Source: Octopus vulgaris (taxonomy: Eukaryota). Taken from it: 64,000 nt of DNA. This document shows positions 1 through 14,299 of the stretch, piece after piece. A program made the position numbers and the translations under genes. The notes under the pieces were generated by a model, which was given only the letters and a program-made list of their open reading frames with translations, had not been told where the DNA came from and did no database searches. The stretch is from contig OX597814.1 of NCBI GenBank assembly GCA_951406725.2, forward strand, positions 60,326,001 through 60,390,000, given 5' to 3'. Within the stretch, counting starts at the first letter, position 1. The number at the start of each line of letters is the position of its first letter.

Positions 1-37
<37 letters not shown>

Positions 38-59
38 TGCGTGTGTGTATGTATGTATC

Positions 60-198
60 CTTTATGAAATTCACTTACAAGGCTATGGTCGGCCCGAGGC
101 TATAGTAGAAGACACTTCCCCAAGGTGTCACGCTATGGGACTGAACCCGGAACCATGATTGGGAAACAATCATCTTACTACACATCCATACCTGCGCC
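60..198 (-). mobile_element. SINE family A, 5' part (tRNA-derived head)
   Basis: The reverse complement reads ggcgcagg..tgtgtagtaag..GGTTCAGTCCC (A/B-box-like), then cttgggaagtgtcttctactatagcctcgggccgacc. The same sequence recurs at 385, 16120, 28572 and 60813. Confidence 0.8.
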
Positions 199-384
199 TA
201 TATCTAACTTCATTCGCCCAATTTTCATCCACACGAAACCAAAACTCTCACCTCAACACCAGCTATACACTGAAGAGAACTATCAATCTGATCGAACCTA
301 GAGTTTTTATTAATGATTTTTGATGCTTACAATCAACTTCTCTTTGATTATTCACATCTTCGATGTTCGCTTGTTTATATATTC

Positions 385-757
385 TTTTATTCTTTTACTT
401 ATTTCAGTCATTTGTCTACGGCCATGCTGGAGCACCGTTTTTAATCGAACAAATCGACTCTAGGACTTATTTTTTGTAAGCCTAGAACTTATGCTATCGG
501 TCTCTTTTACCGATCCGTTAACACAGACACACAAATACATACATGTGTGTGTGTGTGTGTTAGCGTGTGTATATTTATATACATATATATATATACGATG
601 TGCTTCTTTCAGTTTCCGTCTACCAAATCCACTCGGAGGTCTTTGGTCGGCCCGAACCTATAGTAGAAGACACTTGCCCAAGGTGTCATGTAGTTGGACT
701 GAACTCGGAATCATGTGGTTGGGAAGCAAGCTTCGTACTACATAGCCACTACTGCGC
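385..757 (-). mobile_element. SINE family A, near full length, with internal (CA)/(TA) microsatellite
   Basis: Colinear with 16120-16505 and 28572-29021 (ggccatgctggagcacc...ggtcggcccga...gactgaac). Confidence 0.85.
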
Positions 758-784
758 TTGTATGTCAAGACTTGTATGTCTAGA

Positions 785-2074
785 CTAGCAGAAATACCCG
801 CCGTTGCCCGGATTAACGAAAATAATGAAATTTTAAAATACCTTTTAGATTTCTGACGAACATGAATCATAGACTACGCAGGTCTCACCTATTAGTAGCT
901 GAGATACCAACTTTAAGCGTTAATAACCCGGCGTTTCCCAGGTTATTGAAAATAATGAAATTTAAGTATGCCTTTTAAATCTCTCACTAAAATAAAACAT
1001 GGATTATGCGGTTCTCAACAGCTATTAGCTGAGGTACCAAATGTATATGTCAATAACATGTTTTGTCCGATGTTTTCACGGTTAAAATTGTTTTTAAAAA
1101 GCTGGTAGTTCTTTGTCTTTGCAATCACTTTCAACTGTCAGTACTTATTTGAAACACGTTGAATCTGAAAACGCATAAATTTGAGAAGAACTACTCTCCT
1201 GGTGCTCCTCTCCTGTTAATAAATACATTTAACAAAAATTCTACCAGATGACGAGAGTATAAACAAACGTATTGAAACAAATCAGGAAATCAATCATAGT
1301 TTAATTATCTACAGCTTCTAAATATACAATATTTTAAGAGAGTCCTTTAATTGGTGTATACAGGAACATCCAACTCGTGAACATCCTACATATAATTGCC
1401 TATAAGAGAAACAAGGTGAAGTCCAACAACCTTGAGAGACTGGTCTTGAGATTTGTTTATTGACATAGTGAAACATAGTTTCACTGGGAACCGGAACCGT
1501 TTAAATTCAAAGGAGAGGTCAAATGGCATTAACGGGATCCATGAAGTGAATTGTTACCTCTAGGACATGGTGCTGGTATTGGTAGTAATGGTATTAGTAG
1601 TATTTGTAGTATTAGTATTTCAGTTGTTGTGGTGATAGTAGTAAAGTAGAAGTGGTAGTGATTAGCAGTGATTGTAGTCGTTGTGGTGGTAGTAATTATA
1701 TATCAAGCAGACCTGTTGACATTGGAAAATCTTTACAGAAATGAACCTGTAAGTACAAATACACAAATGGGAAGCTGGAGAATATAAAAAAATGAAATTA
1801 TTTTTTTATCGGAAACCATCACAACTGTAATGATGTATACATCCATGTGTGTGTGTAAATAGCTGGTTACTTAGTTACTACATCAGAACGCCAGACACCG
1901 GAAGCTGACACGTTGACAAAACGGTTTGAAGAAGTAAATCTTTATTATATGTATAAAGCAATGTTATTTATTTTTAATAAAAAAAAAACAAATCAAGTAT
2001 TGTACAGAGTGGTCCAGAGGTTTGACCGTGCATAAAGGACAAACACACAGACAAACGTATTTTATATATATAGA
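785..2074 (-). mobile_element. Internally deleted Helitron
   Basis: The minus strand starts A|TCTATATATATAAA (2074) and ends with the hairpin ccgggcaacggcggg followed by CTAG|T (785), giving an AT target with no TSD. It contains a helicase fragment. Confidence 0.85.
1365..1545 (-). pseudogene. Helitron PIF1-family helicase C-terminal fragment (frameshifted)
   Basis: Manual translation gives WIPLMPFDLSFEFKRFRFPVKLCFTMSINKSQDQSLKVVGLHL / PCFSYRQLYVGCSRVG, matching PIF1 motifs V-VI. Confidence 0.9.
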
Positions 2075-2239
2075 TGATTTTACAAACGTTTGGAGGAAAT
2101 TTTAACTCAATTTCACCTGGTAAAAGGTTAATTCTTTAACTCCAATTCACATATTGAGTGACTCATTTACTCAGTTAATGCATTATGTGTGAGTGCATGT
2201 GTGCGTGCGTGCGTACGTGTGTGTGTGCGCGTGTGTGAT

Positions 2240-2319
<80 letters not shown>

Positions 2320-4156
2320 GAGATAGATAGACAAGGCAGTCTGTCAGACAGACAGATAAACAGATAGACAAACAGACAGAGGGAAGGAGAAAAGTGTATA
2401 TATTATATTATTTTGTCCAAATCACTCTTACTTCTCTGAGTTTCACCTACTGATGGACAGGGTCCTCAGGCAAATTATATACACATAGTGGGAGAAAAAG
2501 AAAGAGAGAGAAAGACAGAGAGCTTGCTTTTGCAAAGGTAATATGGTTTGGTTTTCATCTGTACAAATCCCATAACCATTCGGGTATGTGTTTGAACTGT
2601 TACTGAAGTCCATGTGGTGTTAAATTTGTCAATGCTGTGATCTTGTAAGAGCAATAAGTAGCTTGATAATGCTATTCAGTTTCATATGGTTTCACTACAG
2701 GCTTTTAAAAACACTGTCATAGATTATAACTTATGCTCTAAGGAGTTGTATGTCTTCTGGAACTACACAGCAGATTACTAGAACATTAATTAAGCTCTGA
2801 ATAAATTTCCTAAGGAGCATATCTCTTAATTTTGACAGATGCAATTATCTTCCTTGCGTATTTGGATAAGTGTCCATTGAATTGGTTTATGGATTCTTGG
2901 CCTTAGAAACCAACTAGCTGCTATGACTGGTAATGCAGCGGCTGCTAACTTTTAAGTATTGCAAGTTAAATCATTTAAGAGCCAAAAATAAACATACTCT
3001 GCATTTCACCAATAATTGCACGCTTGCTCAGATTTATATGGCTTGTGTAATGACGGAAACATTCATCCTTGTCAAAAGAAACATAAGCCCAAAATGAGAA
3101 TTAATCTCTAATTGCCCCGAGGATTTTAAGTTCACTCTATCAAACTGAAGCCGAACTATCGAATCAAACTCAACAAGCCAAAACACCTTAGAAATTGGAA
3201 TTCTGCAGCCCACTCTCTTTCGCATACATACTCACACACACATGTATCTGTATCTGTACGTGTGAAATAGTATGCGTGTGCGTGCGCGAGTGTGTGCGCG
3301 TGTGTGTGTGAGAGATAGAGAGTGTGTGTGTGTGTACTAATGGCTGTATGGGTATATAAATGGATATTTGTATACATGCATATATGACTAAGCGACGAAT
3401 TTTCAGTCGTAAAAGCGGCATATTGAACGCCTTACAAGATTGGTTCCAGCACTTTGTAGTCTGTGTTCGATACCGACTGCAAGATTAGGGAGTAGATGAT
3501 TGTGATGGTGGTGATTGTGGCGAAATTGAATGTCAAATGAGAGTCGAAATATAGAAACAAGAAAACTGAGATAATTAGAGTGAGAGGTGAGAGAAAGAGA
3601 TGAAGAAATAAAGAGTCGATGAAAGACTGAAATTAAGTTATAGAAATCCAACACAACTTCTCAGAACATGGTAAATTCTTTCTGAACTAAAGAAGTGTTG
3701 CATTTCGCTGCTATGTTATGGCGTGTTCTGTTATGCTGTATTCGAAACCGGGCTTTGTTTTATCTTGTTAACGTTTTATTTCAGTCACTTGAGTCTGTTT
3801 GTTATTTCTTTAAACTAATTAGACAAACAAAATCTGTCTATGAATCCTAAATCAATTGAAGGAAATATTTGTCTTTGTTCACAGCAGATCATTCGTTTTT
3901 CTGGGAACGTCGTTAATAAATAGTTCCTTTCATGCAGATTTATTCTTTTATTTAATTTATCAACTAAATTACTACTCTAATGACTGATATTCACACTAAG
4001 CTATTGCTTTCTTTCTTTCTCTCGATTTTCATTCATATTTTATTTAATGTGTTGCTAATGGTTGTGGTAATGATGGGATGGTGATGATGGAACGATGGTG
4101 GTAGTAGCATAGCGGTTGGTAGTATGGAGGTTATAGAAACAACGGTAGCAGCTTTT

Positions 4157-4158
4157 GC

Positions 4159-4217
<59 letters not shown>

Positions 4218-4285
4218 CAGCAGCAGCAGCAGCAGCAGCAGTAATGGCGCGAGAACTAGTGGTAGCAGTAGCATTTATGATTGTG

Positions 4286-4332
<47 letters not shown>
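4157..4332. repeat. Compound (GTA)n/(GCA)n microsatellite
   Basis: Seen directly; it produces the poly-Val ORF 4124-4486. Confidence 0.95.
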
Positions 4333-4333
<1 letters not shown>

Positions 4334-4858
4334 TTGGTAGTGGCGGTGGCGGTGGTGGTGATGGCGGCACGAGCAGTTGTGGCGATGGTGATTGGAGTGT
4401 TTTATTTCAATATATTTCGAGACGAAAACAAATTTTTCCTTTTCTTCCTTGATCTCAATGTCTCCATGTGTCTATTGTCTACATAACCTTTGTGTATATG
4501 CGTTTCAAAGTGTTTCAGTGTGTTTATGTGAATTTTTGCGTCACTTCATTTCCATCTCTATGTGAGTATATAACTGTATGCAAGAGTGTGTAGGTGTGTA
4601 CGACCACAATATGATATAATGGGAGCGTCCAATATCTATACGTTTCGTTATGTAAGTAGATGTATGTGTGTGTATGCGCGTGTGTGTGTTTCCGTGTGTG
4701 TATGTTTGTTTGTGTGAATATGCGTGTTTCCGTGTGTGTACGTTTGTGTGTGAGTGAGTGTGTGTCTCCGTGTGTGTGTTTTTGTAAGACCGTGTATACT
4801 GTGTGCTTACGCCTGTTTTTGTGTACGTGTATGTGCGATTGTGTGTGTATATATATAC

Positions 4859-4916
<58 letters not shown>

Positions 4917-5302
4917 TTCTGTTTTAATCTGTGTCCAAATATATGTTTGTGTCTGTGTGTAAATGTGTTAAAGAAATTATCCATCCACTGAATAAATACA
5001 CAACTCAAATTAATATCATATTAAATACCTTCACGCTAGTCTGTTTAGTTTTCTAATCTTACAAAAGTTGTTCTTTTCTAGTTTTCTTTTAATGCCAAGA
5101 CAAAAGAAAAGAACTGAGAAATTAAAAGACAGAGCGAGTCAAAATCAAATGGTCTCGAGTGAGTGAGTGAGTGAGTGAGTGGGGGGATAAGCAATACACA
5201 CAGAGATAAGTAAAGATCGAAACTATGAGAATGTAGGTGTAAAGGAGTGAGTAGGCGTGGAACAGGAGAAAAGACAGACTAATAAAGATGCCGACTATGC
5301 TG

Positions 5303-5353
<51 letters not shown>

Positions 5354-6409
5354 TACATATATATATACACCTGTACACACACACACACATATATTTCGTA
5401 TATGACGTAATTTATTTCGCAAAAATATCTTTTAGATTTAAATACTAATTTAACTGAATACTGCAAGAAAGCAGCGAGTATGATATAAGCTTCCGGCGAG
5501 TCGTGGTTACAACGAAGTGGTTTCTTTTCCACTTTGACAGCCATTTCATTTTATTTTCGATTCTAATGCCTTTGGCTTCTCGACTTAAACGGCTACTACC
5601 TCACACTAGCAATGATCATTTGGTTGGTTTTTTTTTTTTTGGCGGGGAGGGGGTTCTAAAAATATTCTGGCAAACTTCATTTCATTTAAAAACTTACAGT
5701 TCTTGTATTTCAAGGTATGATATGGAAAATAGAGACGAGGTAAACGTAAATGGATAAGATATGAAATCTCTTGAAATCACAATTTCCTTATTAAGTCACA
5801 TAAAGTTTTTTAGTTACTGATTTTATACGATGTCAATACAAGTTTGAAATGGGTGACACCTCTTAGACACCTCTTATTCTAGTATAAAATGTTCAAAACG
5901 GAGTGTTGCTTTTCTTTATGAAATCCTTACTAAAGTTAAAAGAAATCTGAGGTAGCAATTAATAATGTACTAACCAGAAGCGACATCTCAAGTATATTTA
6001 AATACCCATTGCCTTAATGGTGTTAATAAAAACAATACTGCTAGTAACGTCATGAACGCCGCCGGAACATCCATTTTTTTCTCGCACTCTAAAATATGAG
6101 GCTCTTGCGTTTAGTCAAGTCAAAAACGAAAATAATAATTTGATTGGGAAATGTCGGCAAACAAACCAGAATCTAATTGCCGCGGATAATTTCTGAAAAT
6201 CAATTATTAGTTAATCTGGCATGAGTAACCTGACAAATATTTACTGTAAAGAGAGTTTGTTTCTGTTTTTTTTTTCCAATTATTGTTGTTTTAGTCTTTA
6301 TTTTATTAATATTTTGATGTTTATTCGGAAATGGAAGACCGTTAATATTACAAAAACTACAGAGTGACAGAACAAATGCCTTGAATTATTTACGCAATTT
6401 AACGTTTCA

Positions 6410-6790
6410 GATTCAACTTCCTGTGAGGTCAACTTTTACTGCCATCATTCCGTTACCTATTACATGAATTCCATTAAAATGCAAGGATCGATTCAATGGC
6501 TCGTCTAATGACTTCAAGGGAAAATGCATGCAGCATATGTATTCGCTTAGATGCAGGGATAGAGAGAATCCCACCTCTTCGTCTCGTTTCCTCGGGAGAC
6601 TTCGGGACCATTTGAATAAAGCCCCAAACATCGAATGAACCATCATAGACAAGGTCCTACCTTACTCACCCGGCGTCTGCAATTGCCAACTCTGTCTTCG
6701 TGAAAGCCTACATATTCTCCACCAACCTGCAGCATCTATCAAGAGGAAATATGTACTATCTTATTGTTGCCATCAGAAGTTCACCCTCCT
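6410..6790 (+). pseudogene. Penelope-like element GIY-YIG endonuclease C-terminal relic
   Basis: Translation HMYSLRCRDREN...NIE*TIIDKVLPYSPGVCNCQLCLRESLHIL resembles the PLE W.II...PY....C.LCL.EK tail. Confidence 0.7.
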
Positions 6791-7178
6791 TTATATTATT
6801 ATATGATTGAACGCCACGCATCCATTTCCAAGTAAGTAAGTTTATATATATATATATACACGCACACATGGGAATATGAACATAAATGTGTCTGAGCTAA
6901 GGACTTAAAGGGACGTAAATGAATACAGTAAAATATTTAGACCATTTTTCAAACAAAATCTGTTACTTACTCCGTCGTTTTTCCCTTGTCTGAAGAATTA
7001 ACAAGAGAAACCACTACGCAGGCTGTTTATCGACTAAAATAGTAACGAAATCTCCCTCAAATTTCATTCAATTATCTTTAAAACGAACGATAATGCATAA
7101 TGTAGTCTTCAATAATATGTATTATGCCTTTGACTTGAAGATCTACGAGAATAATCTAGAATAATCTAAACGTTATTA

Positions 7179-8083
7179 TGTGGTCTGATCAATAAGTATC
7201 CAGACTGTTACCTTAGTAACAAAGCTAAAGGACGCAGAGTGAAATCGCTTGGCACAGATTGATTTTGAATACTGTTGTGCATGCACACTAAGTTTGAATG
7301 TTCTGGCTCACTTCCGCTTGGAAGGATTGTGTACTAGTATGAGGTGTCTAAGAGGTGCACCCATTTCAAACTTGTATTGACAACGTATAAAATCAGTGAC
7401 TAAAATCAGCATCAGATTTTGCCAAACGTTTGGTGATACCTGCTCAGAGAACTACGCAAAGTTTTCAAAGCGTTCTCATCGTTCTCGACCCAATCAAGGA
7501 GACCTTGTGCAACTGAAACCAGAGTGTCTTTTTGCTCAGCGGAAAGCAGTTTTGGCGCAAACTTGGCAGACACGCAAATTTGGCATACTCAAATCTTCAA
7601 TGCTATTGAACTGAACTGAACCGTAACTAATCTGCACATCCTCTAATAACTCATGGATGGTGATTCGAGGATTTCCCCTCACAGCTGCACTCACGTCTGC
7701 GATGTTTTTCTCAGTTCTGCTCGTTGCGGGCCTCCCAGAACGTTCGTCACTATCGACATTTTTCGGCCAACTTGGAAACGTCTGAACCACTCGTACACTT
7801 GTGTGCGACTCATACACTCCTCTCTATACACTTTCTGAAACCTTGCATAGGCTCTGAGCAGGTATCGATATGACAACTTTCTCTGTCAATGTCAACGCGA
7901 CGATCACACGCTACACACGTTCCTTCCAAGCACTGCTGTAAGCAGCGAAAGTGAGCTAGAATGTTATAATGTAGTGAGCATGCACAGCTGAGTCCAAGAG
8001 CAATCTGTGCCAAGCGGCTTTACCCTGCGTGCTTTAGCTTTGTTATTATCGTGACAGTCCGGATATTTCTTGATCAAACCTCG
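7179..8083 (-). mobile_element. Mariner deletion derivative with ~140-bp terminal inverted repeats
   Basis: Flanked by TA (7177-78, 8084-85). TIR tgtggtctgatcaataagtatccagact / agtccggatatttcttgatcaaacctcg. The minus-strand HTH reads YARFQKVYREECMSRTQVYEWFRRF..DERSGRPATSRT..VRGNPRITIHEL. Confidence 0.9.
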
Positions 8084-8245
8084 TATGTCTCACATCCACA
8101 ACGCCCACATTTTGGAGAGAGGACAGGGTGATGAATTCAGTGTTTCAAAATCTGTGGGAACGCTCTTTGCAGATAGAAATGAGGACGAAAAAATATGGTT
8201 CCGTTGTTTGTATTATACTTCTAATATGTTTTGAGCTGTAGACAG

Positions 8246-8445
8246 AGTTGGCAGAATTATTAGCACGTTCGGTAAAACAGCAGTATTTCTTTCTGCTTAC
8301 GTTCTGAATTCAAATTCTGCCGAGGTCAGCTTTGCTTTCCACCCTTCCGATGTTGATAAAATAGTACCAGCCAAGTACTGTACATCAATGTAATCGACCT
8401 GTCCCCCTCCTCTTGAACTTGCTATCGTGTGCCAAAATTAGAAAG
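8246..8445 (+). mobile_element. SINE family B (tRNA head plus Deu/Nin-like core), degenerate
   Basis: gagttggcagaatt..ttctgaattcaaattctgccgaggtcagctttgctttccacccttccg..gataaaatagtaccag. Confidence 0.8.
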
Positions 8446-9118
8446 CTAAAAGAATATACTTCGAATATTTAAAACTTTCTAGCACCAAGGTTGAATAAAG
8501 GAGGTTTATATAAATGCAAACGGTATTTTACGTTCTCGTTAATAAAGAACAGTCGGAGGGCAAAAAAATTCCCCTAATATTTATGAGTCGCCTAGTATAT
8601 GTTACTTTGAGAACCGGTGAATTAAATCAACTCTAGTACATATTTCATCAATTGGAACTGGTAAAATTGTAAACCCCAGCGAATTTGGAATGCATAGCGT
8701 CATATCAATCATTATGATATACATCGAATGGAAGGTTTTGTTTCAGTTTTCTTATTTTTATATTCCTTTTTTTTTTTTCCTTTTTCTTTAATTTTTCACC
8801 CAAATTTGAAAATAGGTTGAGAAAGAGTGGGGTACGATGGAACGAGGTGGTGTAAGAAAAGATTTTGCCAGAGAAATTAAGAGCTAATATGAAAAAAAAT
8901 TGATTGATTGATACTGGATACAATCCAGTTTACATGTTATATACTTTCCTTTAAATAGAAAAACCTACATACCTATTACCATATATATTTATCTTAATAG
9001 ACAATCATACAAAGGCGCGAATGCATAGTCACGACTATCCTCATCATATATATGTATATATATATTGGTATATACATATATGCATATATATATATATATA
9101 TATGCATATATATATATA

Positions 9119-9152
<34 letters not shown>

Positions 9153-9351
9153 TATATATATACCAATATATATATGTATATGTGTATGTAACATATATAT
9201 ATATATATATATATATACAGATTATTGTGTGATTTTAAGAGGATTTAGCAAGTATTTCCATCCATTCGAGTGCTCGTAGGTGGATTCGTGAAACTTCAAG
9301 TTTTGACTACATTAATGACGCAGGTTGTTGTTGTTGCTTGTCGTTTTTGCA

Positions 9352-9359
9352 CTTCTTCT

Positions 9360-9391
<32 letters not shown>

Positions 9392-9425
9392 TTCTTCTTC
9401 TTCTTCTTCTCCTCCTCCTCCTTCT
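9352..9425. repeat. (CTT)n/(CCT)n microsatellite
   Basis: Seen directly. Confidence 0.95.
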
Positions 9426-12400
9426 ATGTCTTTTCTTCTTTTTCTCTTTCTTCTTCTTACTCTTGCTTCTGCTTACCTCCGGCTCAGTTTTGATTCACCA
9501 GACCAAATATCAAAGACATTCCAACCATTGTCGTGTATCTGTTCAGTTCATGCAGTGTTGCACTGGGTTATGTTTTTTCTCATATATATTTAACAGGGTA
9601 GGAAATTAAGTTGTTATTTTTAGTAACCACTTCTAAATTCCCCTTTTGATTTGAATACTTCAAATGAAATGGAATAGTGCCAAGCAAGTATTGAAACAGC
9701 TTAGTTGCCATCCGTTATCATGAATTTGCCTCTTGCTTTATTCTAATTACCAAATGCTATGATTAAATATTGACGAAAAATAATATTCCAGCATCTAAGA
9801 AAAAAAAAACTTATTTAAACACTCAATTTTAAATAACTGCAGACTTAAATGTAGTGAAACCTCGTCACTCAATATTGACACTAGAATATGTCAGTAACAA
9901 ACGCCAAAAAATATGTACATACAACAAATCAAACGAACTCTGGTGCACCTATTTCATAACACTCACATATACGCACAGAATATTAAAAAAGTCAGTTTGA
10001 TCTACTGTACTTTTGAGAATAGTGTGCAAATTGTACTAAAGTTGCCAAAATTATGCCTCGCTTTGTGCATAAATCAGTAATGAAAGTTTTCAAGTGTCGA
10101 CTTATTTGCTGGACCGCAAATATTTATGATTTATCAAATGATGTTTGCAGATAGATAGACCATACGACTGTGTTAGTTTTTTTCAAATGAGATTAAATCC
10201 ATTGATTATCAAGCATCTCTTAAATCACATATAACACACCCTCTCTCTTTCTCTTTCTTTCTTCCTCTCTCTCTCTCTCCTTCTCTCTCTCTCTCTCTCT
10301 TTATTTCTTTTTATGAGTGTGCATACACATATGTGTATACATGTATATATATGTTTGTGTGTGTATGTATGTGTGGGTGCGTGTGCATATATCTATACCT
10401 ATATCTAAACAGATGTAAACATATATAGCTATATAATATATACCAACGCACCGAATCATACAAACACACACAGACACATACACATACACACATACATAGA
10501 TATCTATATATTTATATGTATATATATATATATATATATATGCATACATATACGCATAAAACCATGTGTGTGAGAAGACAAATTGACACACGCACATAGG
10601 CACACATATATGCGGTGTGCTGTAAACCATACACTTCAATTGTTTCCAGATGCCAGTAAGCATCTATAAATGAAAAACAATCTAAAAGTAAACGCAGACA
10701 AAGATATTCTGGTTATTCAGATAGTTTACCCGTCTCTTCTGTAACACATAACTGATGTCTAATAATTTATATCTAAATGAAGGAAATATCTCACATATTC
10801 ACCAATAACTACTTAGTGGCAGTTTTTATTTTTGTTTACTTGTTTGATTTGAAATTTTAGTTTCCAATATTTTCATTTTTTTTTTTAGCTTTTCTATAAA
10901 TGTACATTTCTATGTGGTGTCAAATAATCTTATTCAACATATTGCTGTGAGATATCAAATAGTAATAAATATATTTATGTGTGGGATATTAAACAAGAAT
11001 AGATATATTTCTAAGATAATTCAATTACATAGCTTTTAAAAAAAGGAACTGCAAAAGTCAACCAATAAAAATAAAACTAATACAATGGATACAACACAGT
11101 GTACGACAATTGACAAATGATTATTGATCTCTGAAACTGGAAGAAGTATCCAGATTTATAGGAAACGGGAAAATATGATCCTCTGTTCTTCATCCTTCCC
11201 TCAAGGGCATTAACTGCATCAGTGAAGTTAAATGGCTTCAATTAACGGAGTTATATTGGAAAACACCGAGGTTTCGGTTTCCACAGACAAACTCTATGTT
11301 CAAAACCGTCCGCAAATAAGATAAATTTAACCGGGAAGGATTATCTTTCTCATTGCAAAATAATTTAATTCATTTGCATACATTTTGTATTAGTTGCAAC
11401 TTATATGCTTAATTTCTAATACAAAATTCTGAGAAATTATTAATAGTTGAAAATGCGTTATTCGTTATAGTTACTCATCAGTTTTTCTACCTGTAACGTT
11501 TCTTATGTTAGATTTGTATTCTATGAACAGGTCTCTTTTGAAGTTAAAAATCTGAATGATTTCGTCCCTTCATTTTCCTCAATTTCATGATCTTTATTTC
11601 TGCTAGAGACTGCAAATAATAATTTCGTATCCATGAGGACGGAGGGCACTTCAACACAGTCGGTTAGATCTATTAAAAAGACGAGTTGAACAATTTACGT
11701 TGTAGGTTTCCGCAATCGTTTCAAACTTCCGCATAAATAACACCAATAACAATAATTTAGATATTTTCCAGAAGAAACTGAAAGAATGTTTTAGATTCTC
11801 ACATGTTTATAGATTTTCTGAGTTTACATTTAATGGTTAAATGTATCGACTTTTCCCAATTTGATATTTGTTGCAAAATTTACAATTATCCAATGTTTTT
11901 CCTTACTAAGTATATACTGAATATTTCAGATTCTGGAGCTAACTGCGAAATGTTCCTTATACAAAATTTCTTTCCATTACTGAAACGTATATTGTTTTCT
12001 CTGTATTTTCTTTCTCTGTGCTCATTCTACTATTAGTTTCTTTTTCGTATGGCATTATATATTGTAGAAAGTTCACAAAATGTTATATGTTGGTTAACCT
12101 TCTCTGAGAAAGGGCTCTGTTCCAAAACGTCATACCTCCTGTTTTTCACAACAAACCAACGCATACCAATTATTCTTTTTTAACGTTTTTACTTTTATGA
12201 GCAGCTAAATACCCAGGTTACAATTTGAGTATACGACTTAAGGGCGAAAACTCATACAGGTCAATTTTACATACGAAAATGCACGAACTTAGAAAGTGTT
12301 AATGTCAGGTTTAGAACAGAGAAATTACCAATAATGCACGCAACCTCATTTTGAAGTACATCCAACAATATATAAATGATTAAGAAACTCTTGTGGATGT

Positions 12401-12719
12401 AATGAGCTCCCAACGATGAAAATCTCTTCCATGTAGCCTCTATTAACATCATGACAGGACACGGCTTCAGAAAGCTAACTACTGTTAGCTATAGTTTTTC
12501 CGTCCCTCGTTTCTTCCCATACATTTACTGAAGGAAAGATATGTAAACGAGCATAGACTATGAGATTTATAATCATTTGCTAAATACAGTCATCTACTAA
12601 ATGACTTCATAGTTTGAAGTAGATGAGAGACTCATCAGCCAACTAGTATTTCCACCACCAGATATAATGAAATTTAGGCTTTGCTTGATCCAACAGGATC
12701 CAACATTTGCCGTATATTT

Positions 12720-13368
12720 GGCGGGATCTCTGCAAAAATTGTCCAATTCCAGTCTTTTATTTAAATTTCAAAAGGTTACATTAGGGTGTTAAACGTCTCC
12801 GACAATCAAAATTCATGCTAGTCATGTAGGAATACGTTTGGTCCGTAACAGAGCAATCGATTTTTTGCTGTATATTTTGAAAAAAAAAAAACGTAGAACT
12901 AATGATTTGAGAAACCTTTCAGGGCACGGATGCACACCTTGAGCACATGAGAATGGTGACAGTTATATTATGAGAGGGACATTTCGACAGTTTTTACTCA
13001 AATGTCTACAAACAATACTAGGTTATGTTGCTCATTAGTGATAATGGGAAGCAAGAATGGAAGTTTCCAGTGTATCAAAACGAAGGTAACTGCGGATAAC
13101 GGAATTTTAGCATTGATGAATAACTGAAAATTTTTGTTTTCAATATGTGAAACTTTTTCAGAGAATTTCGTACAAATAATGTGATTTTAACCGACTGGTA
13201 GTTGAACATGCATATATGAGTATTGATGGAGGTTTCTGCAAGAATTTTTCGATTCCAATCGTGCGTTTAAATTTCAAAAAAATACATTTTGTTATATTTC
13301 TCCGAGAATCAAAAATCATGCTATTCGTTGAGGGGCACGTATATTCTGTAACAGAACAATCGATTCTA
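12720..13368 (+). repeat. Diverged ~145-bp direct repeat pair (12720-12865, 13228-13368)
   Basis: Both copies contain tctgcaa..ttcca..tttaaatttcaaaa..tctccga.aatcaaaa.tcatgcta..gtaacaga.caatcgatt. Confidence 0.75.
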
Positions 13369-13949
13369 TAATTATTAGTTTTATCATCCGTTAAATGTCA
13401 TATATATTTCGACAGTATGGTAGCGAGGTATCTTTCTATGTGTTTGAAAGTAAACTTACGAGAATGGATTTTTTCAATCAGCTATATTTGGCTTTTAGTT
13501 CCTCTGTTATTTACAAAACAATATTTAAATAAGTTAAATAAGTTTCAGACATTTCAAAAAGACACATGCCACTGAGAATGCAGGTATTTGGACGTCTGTA
13601 ATTAAATAGAAGAAATGGTTTGAGGCATTCGTATTTGAAAGTTTTCTTTTGTTTTTATTGGTAATGAAAACTGCAATTTTTTATTGCAACTTAACGCTAT
13701 TTTTGTTTGAGATCATTTAACATCTAATGTTTACGGGAAATATTTATCTATAAGTTTTAGGAAACTTATAGCAAAATTAGAGGGAATATTTAAATTCTAT
13801 GAATCGTTATCGCTAGTAATATTCTGTTTCCTTTATTGATTTTTTTAGCTTCAATTGTTCTATACACCAAAAGGTCTAATTTTACATTATACGAATAGAA
13901 TGATATATCCCTCATATAATAGATTCACTCTGAAAACTGGACAGATAAT

Positions 13950-14153
13950 CTTTTCTACTCTAAGCACAAAGCCGAAAATTTGGGGGAGCGAGCCAGTTGA
14001 TTAGATCGACCCCAGTACGCAACTGGTAATTCATTTATCGACCCCGAAAGGCACAGTCGACCTCGGCGGAATTTGAACTCAGAACGTAAAGACAGACAAA
14101 ATACCGCTGAGCATTTCGCCCGGCATGTTAACGTTTCTGCCAGCTCGCCGCCT
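13950..14153 (-). mobile_element. SINE family B, full length
   Basis: Ends at ccagctcgccgcc (the head on the minus strand); imperfect TSD aaaactggacagataa / aaaatggacacataa. Confidence 0.9.
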
Positions 14154-14299
14154 TCAAAATGGACACATAAAGAATAGAATACTCAGTTGTCGTAACTAAA
14201 ACATCTCTAACAATAGTGTGTCAAAGAATGTTTACTCTTGTCACAAAATAAAACTCATTATTACAGCTGGGTAGTGACTTTGCCTGGCAAAGTCATAGT

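Noticed and set aside
2540-2960. Possible hAT transposase relic on the minus strand
   Set aside because: Only a faint resemblance, with many stops, so it cannot be supported.
11620-11665. IHEDGGHF, resembling a Tc1 C-terminus
   Set aside because: Too short to support a call.
12101-12135. CTGAGAAagggctctgttccAAAACGTC hammerhead-like motif
   Set aside because: Both core strands are mutated, so it is at most a relic.
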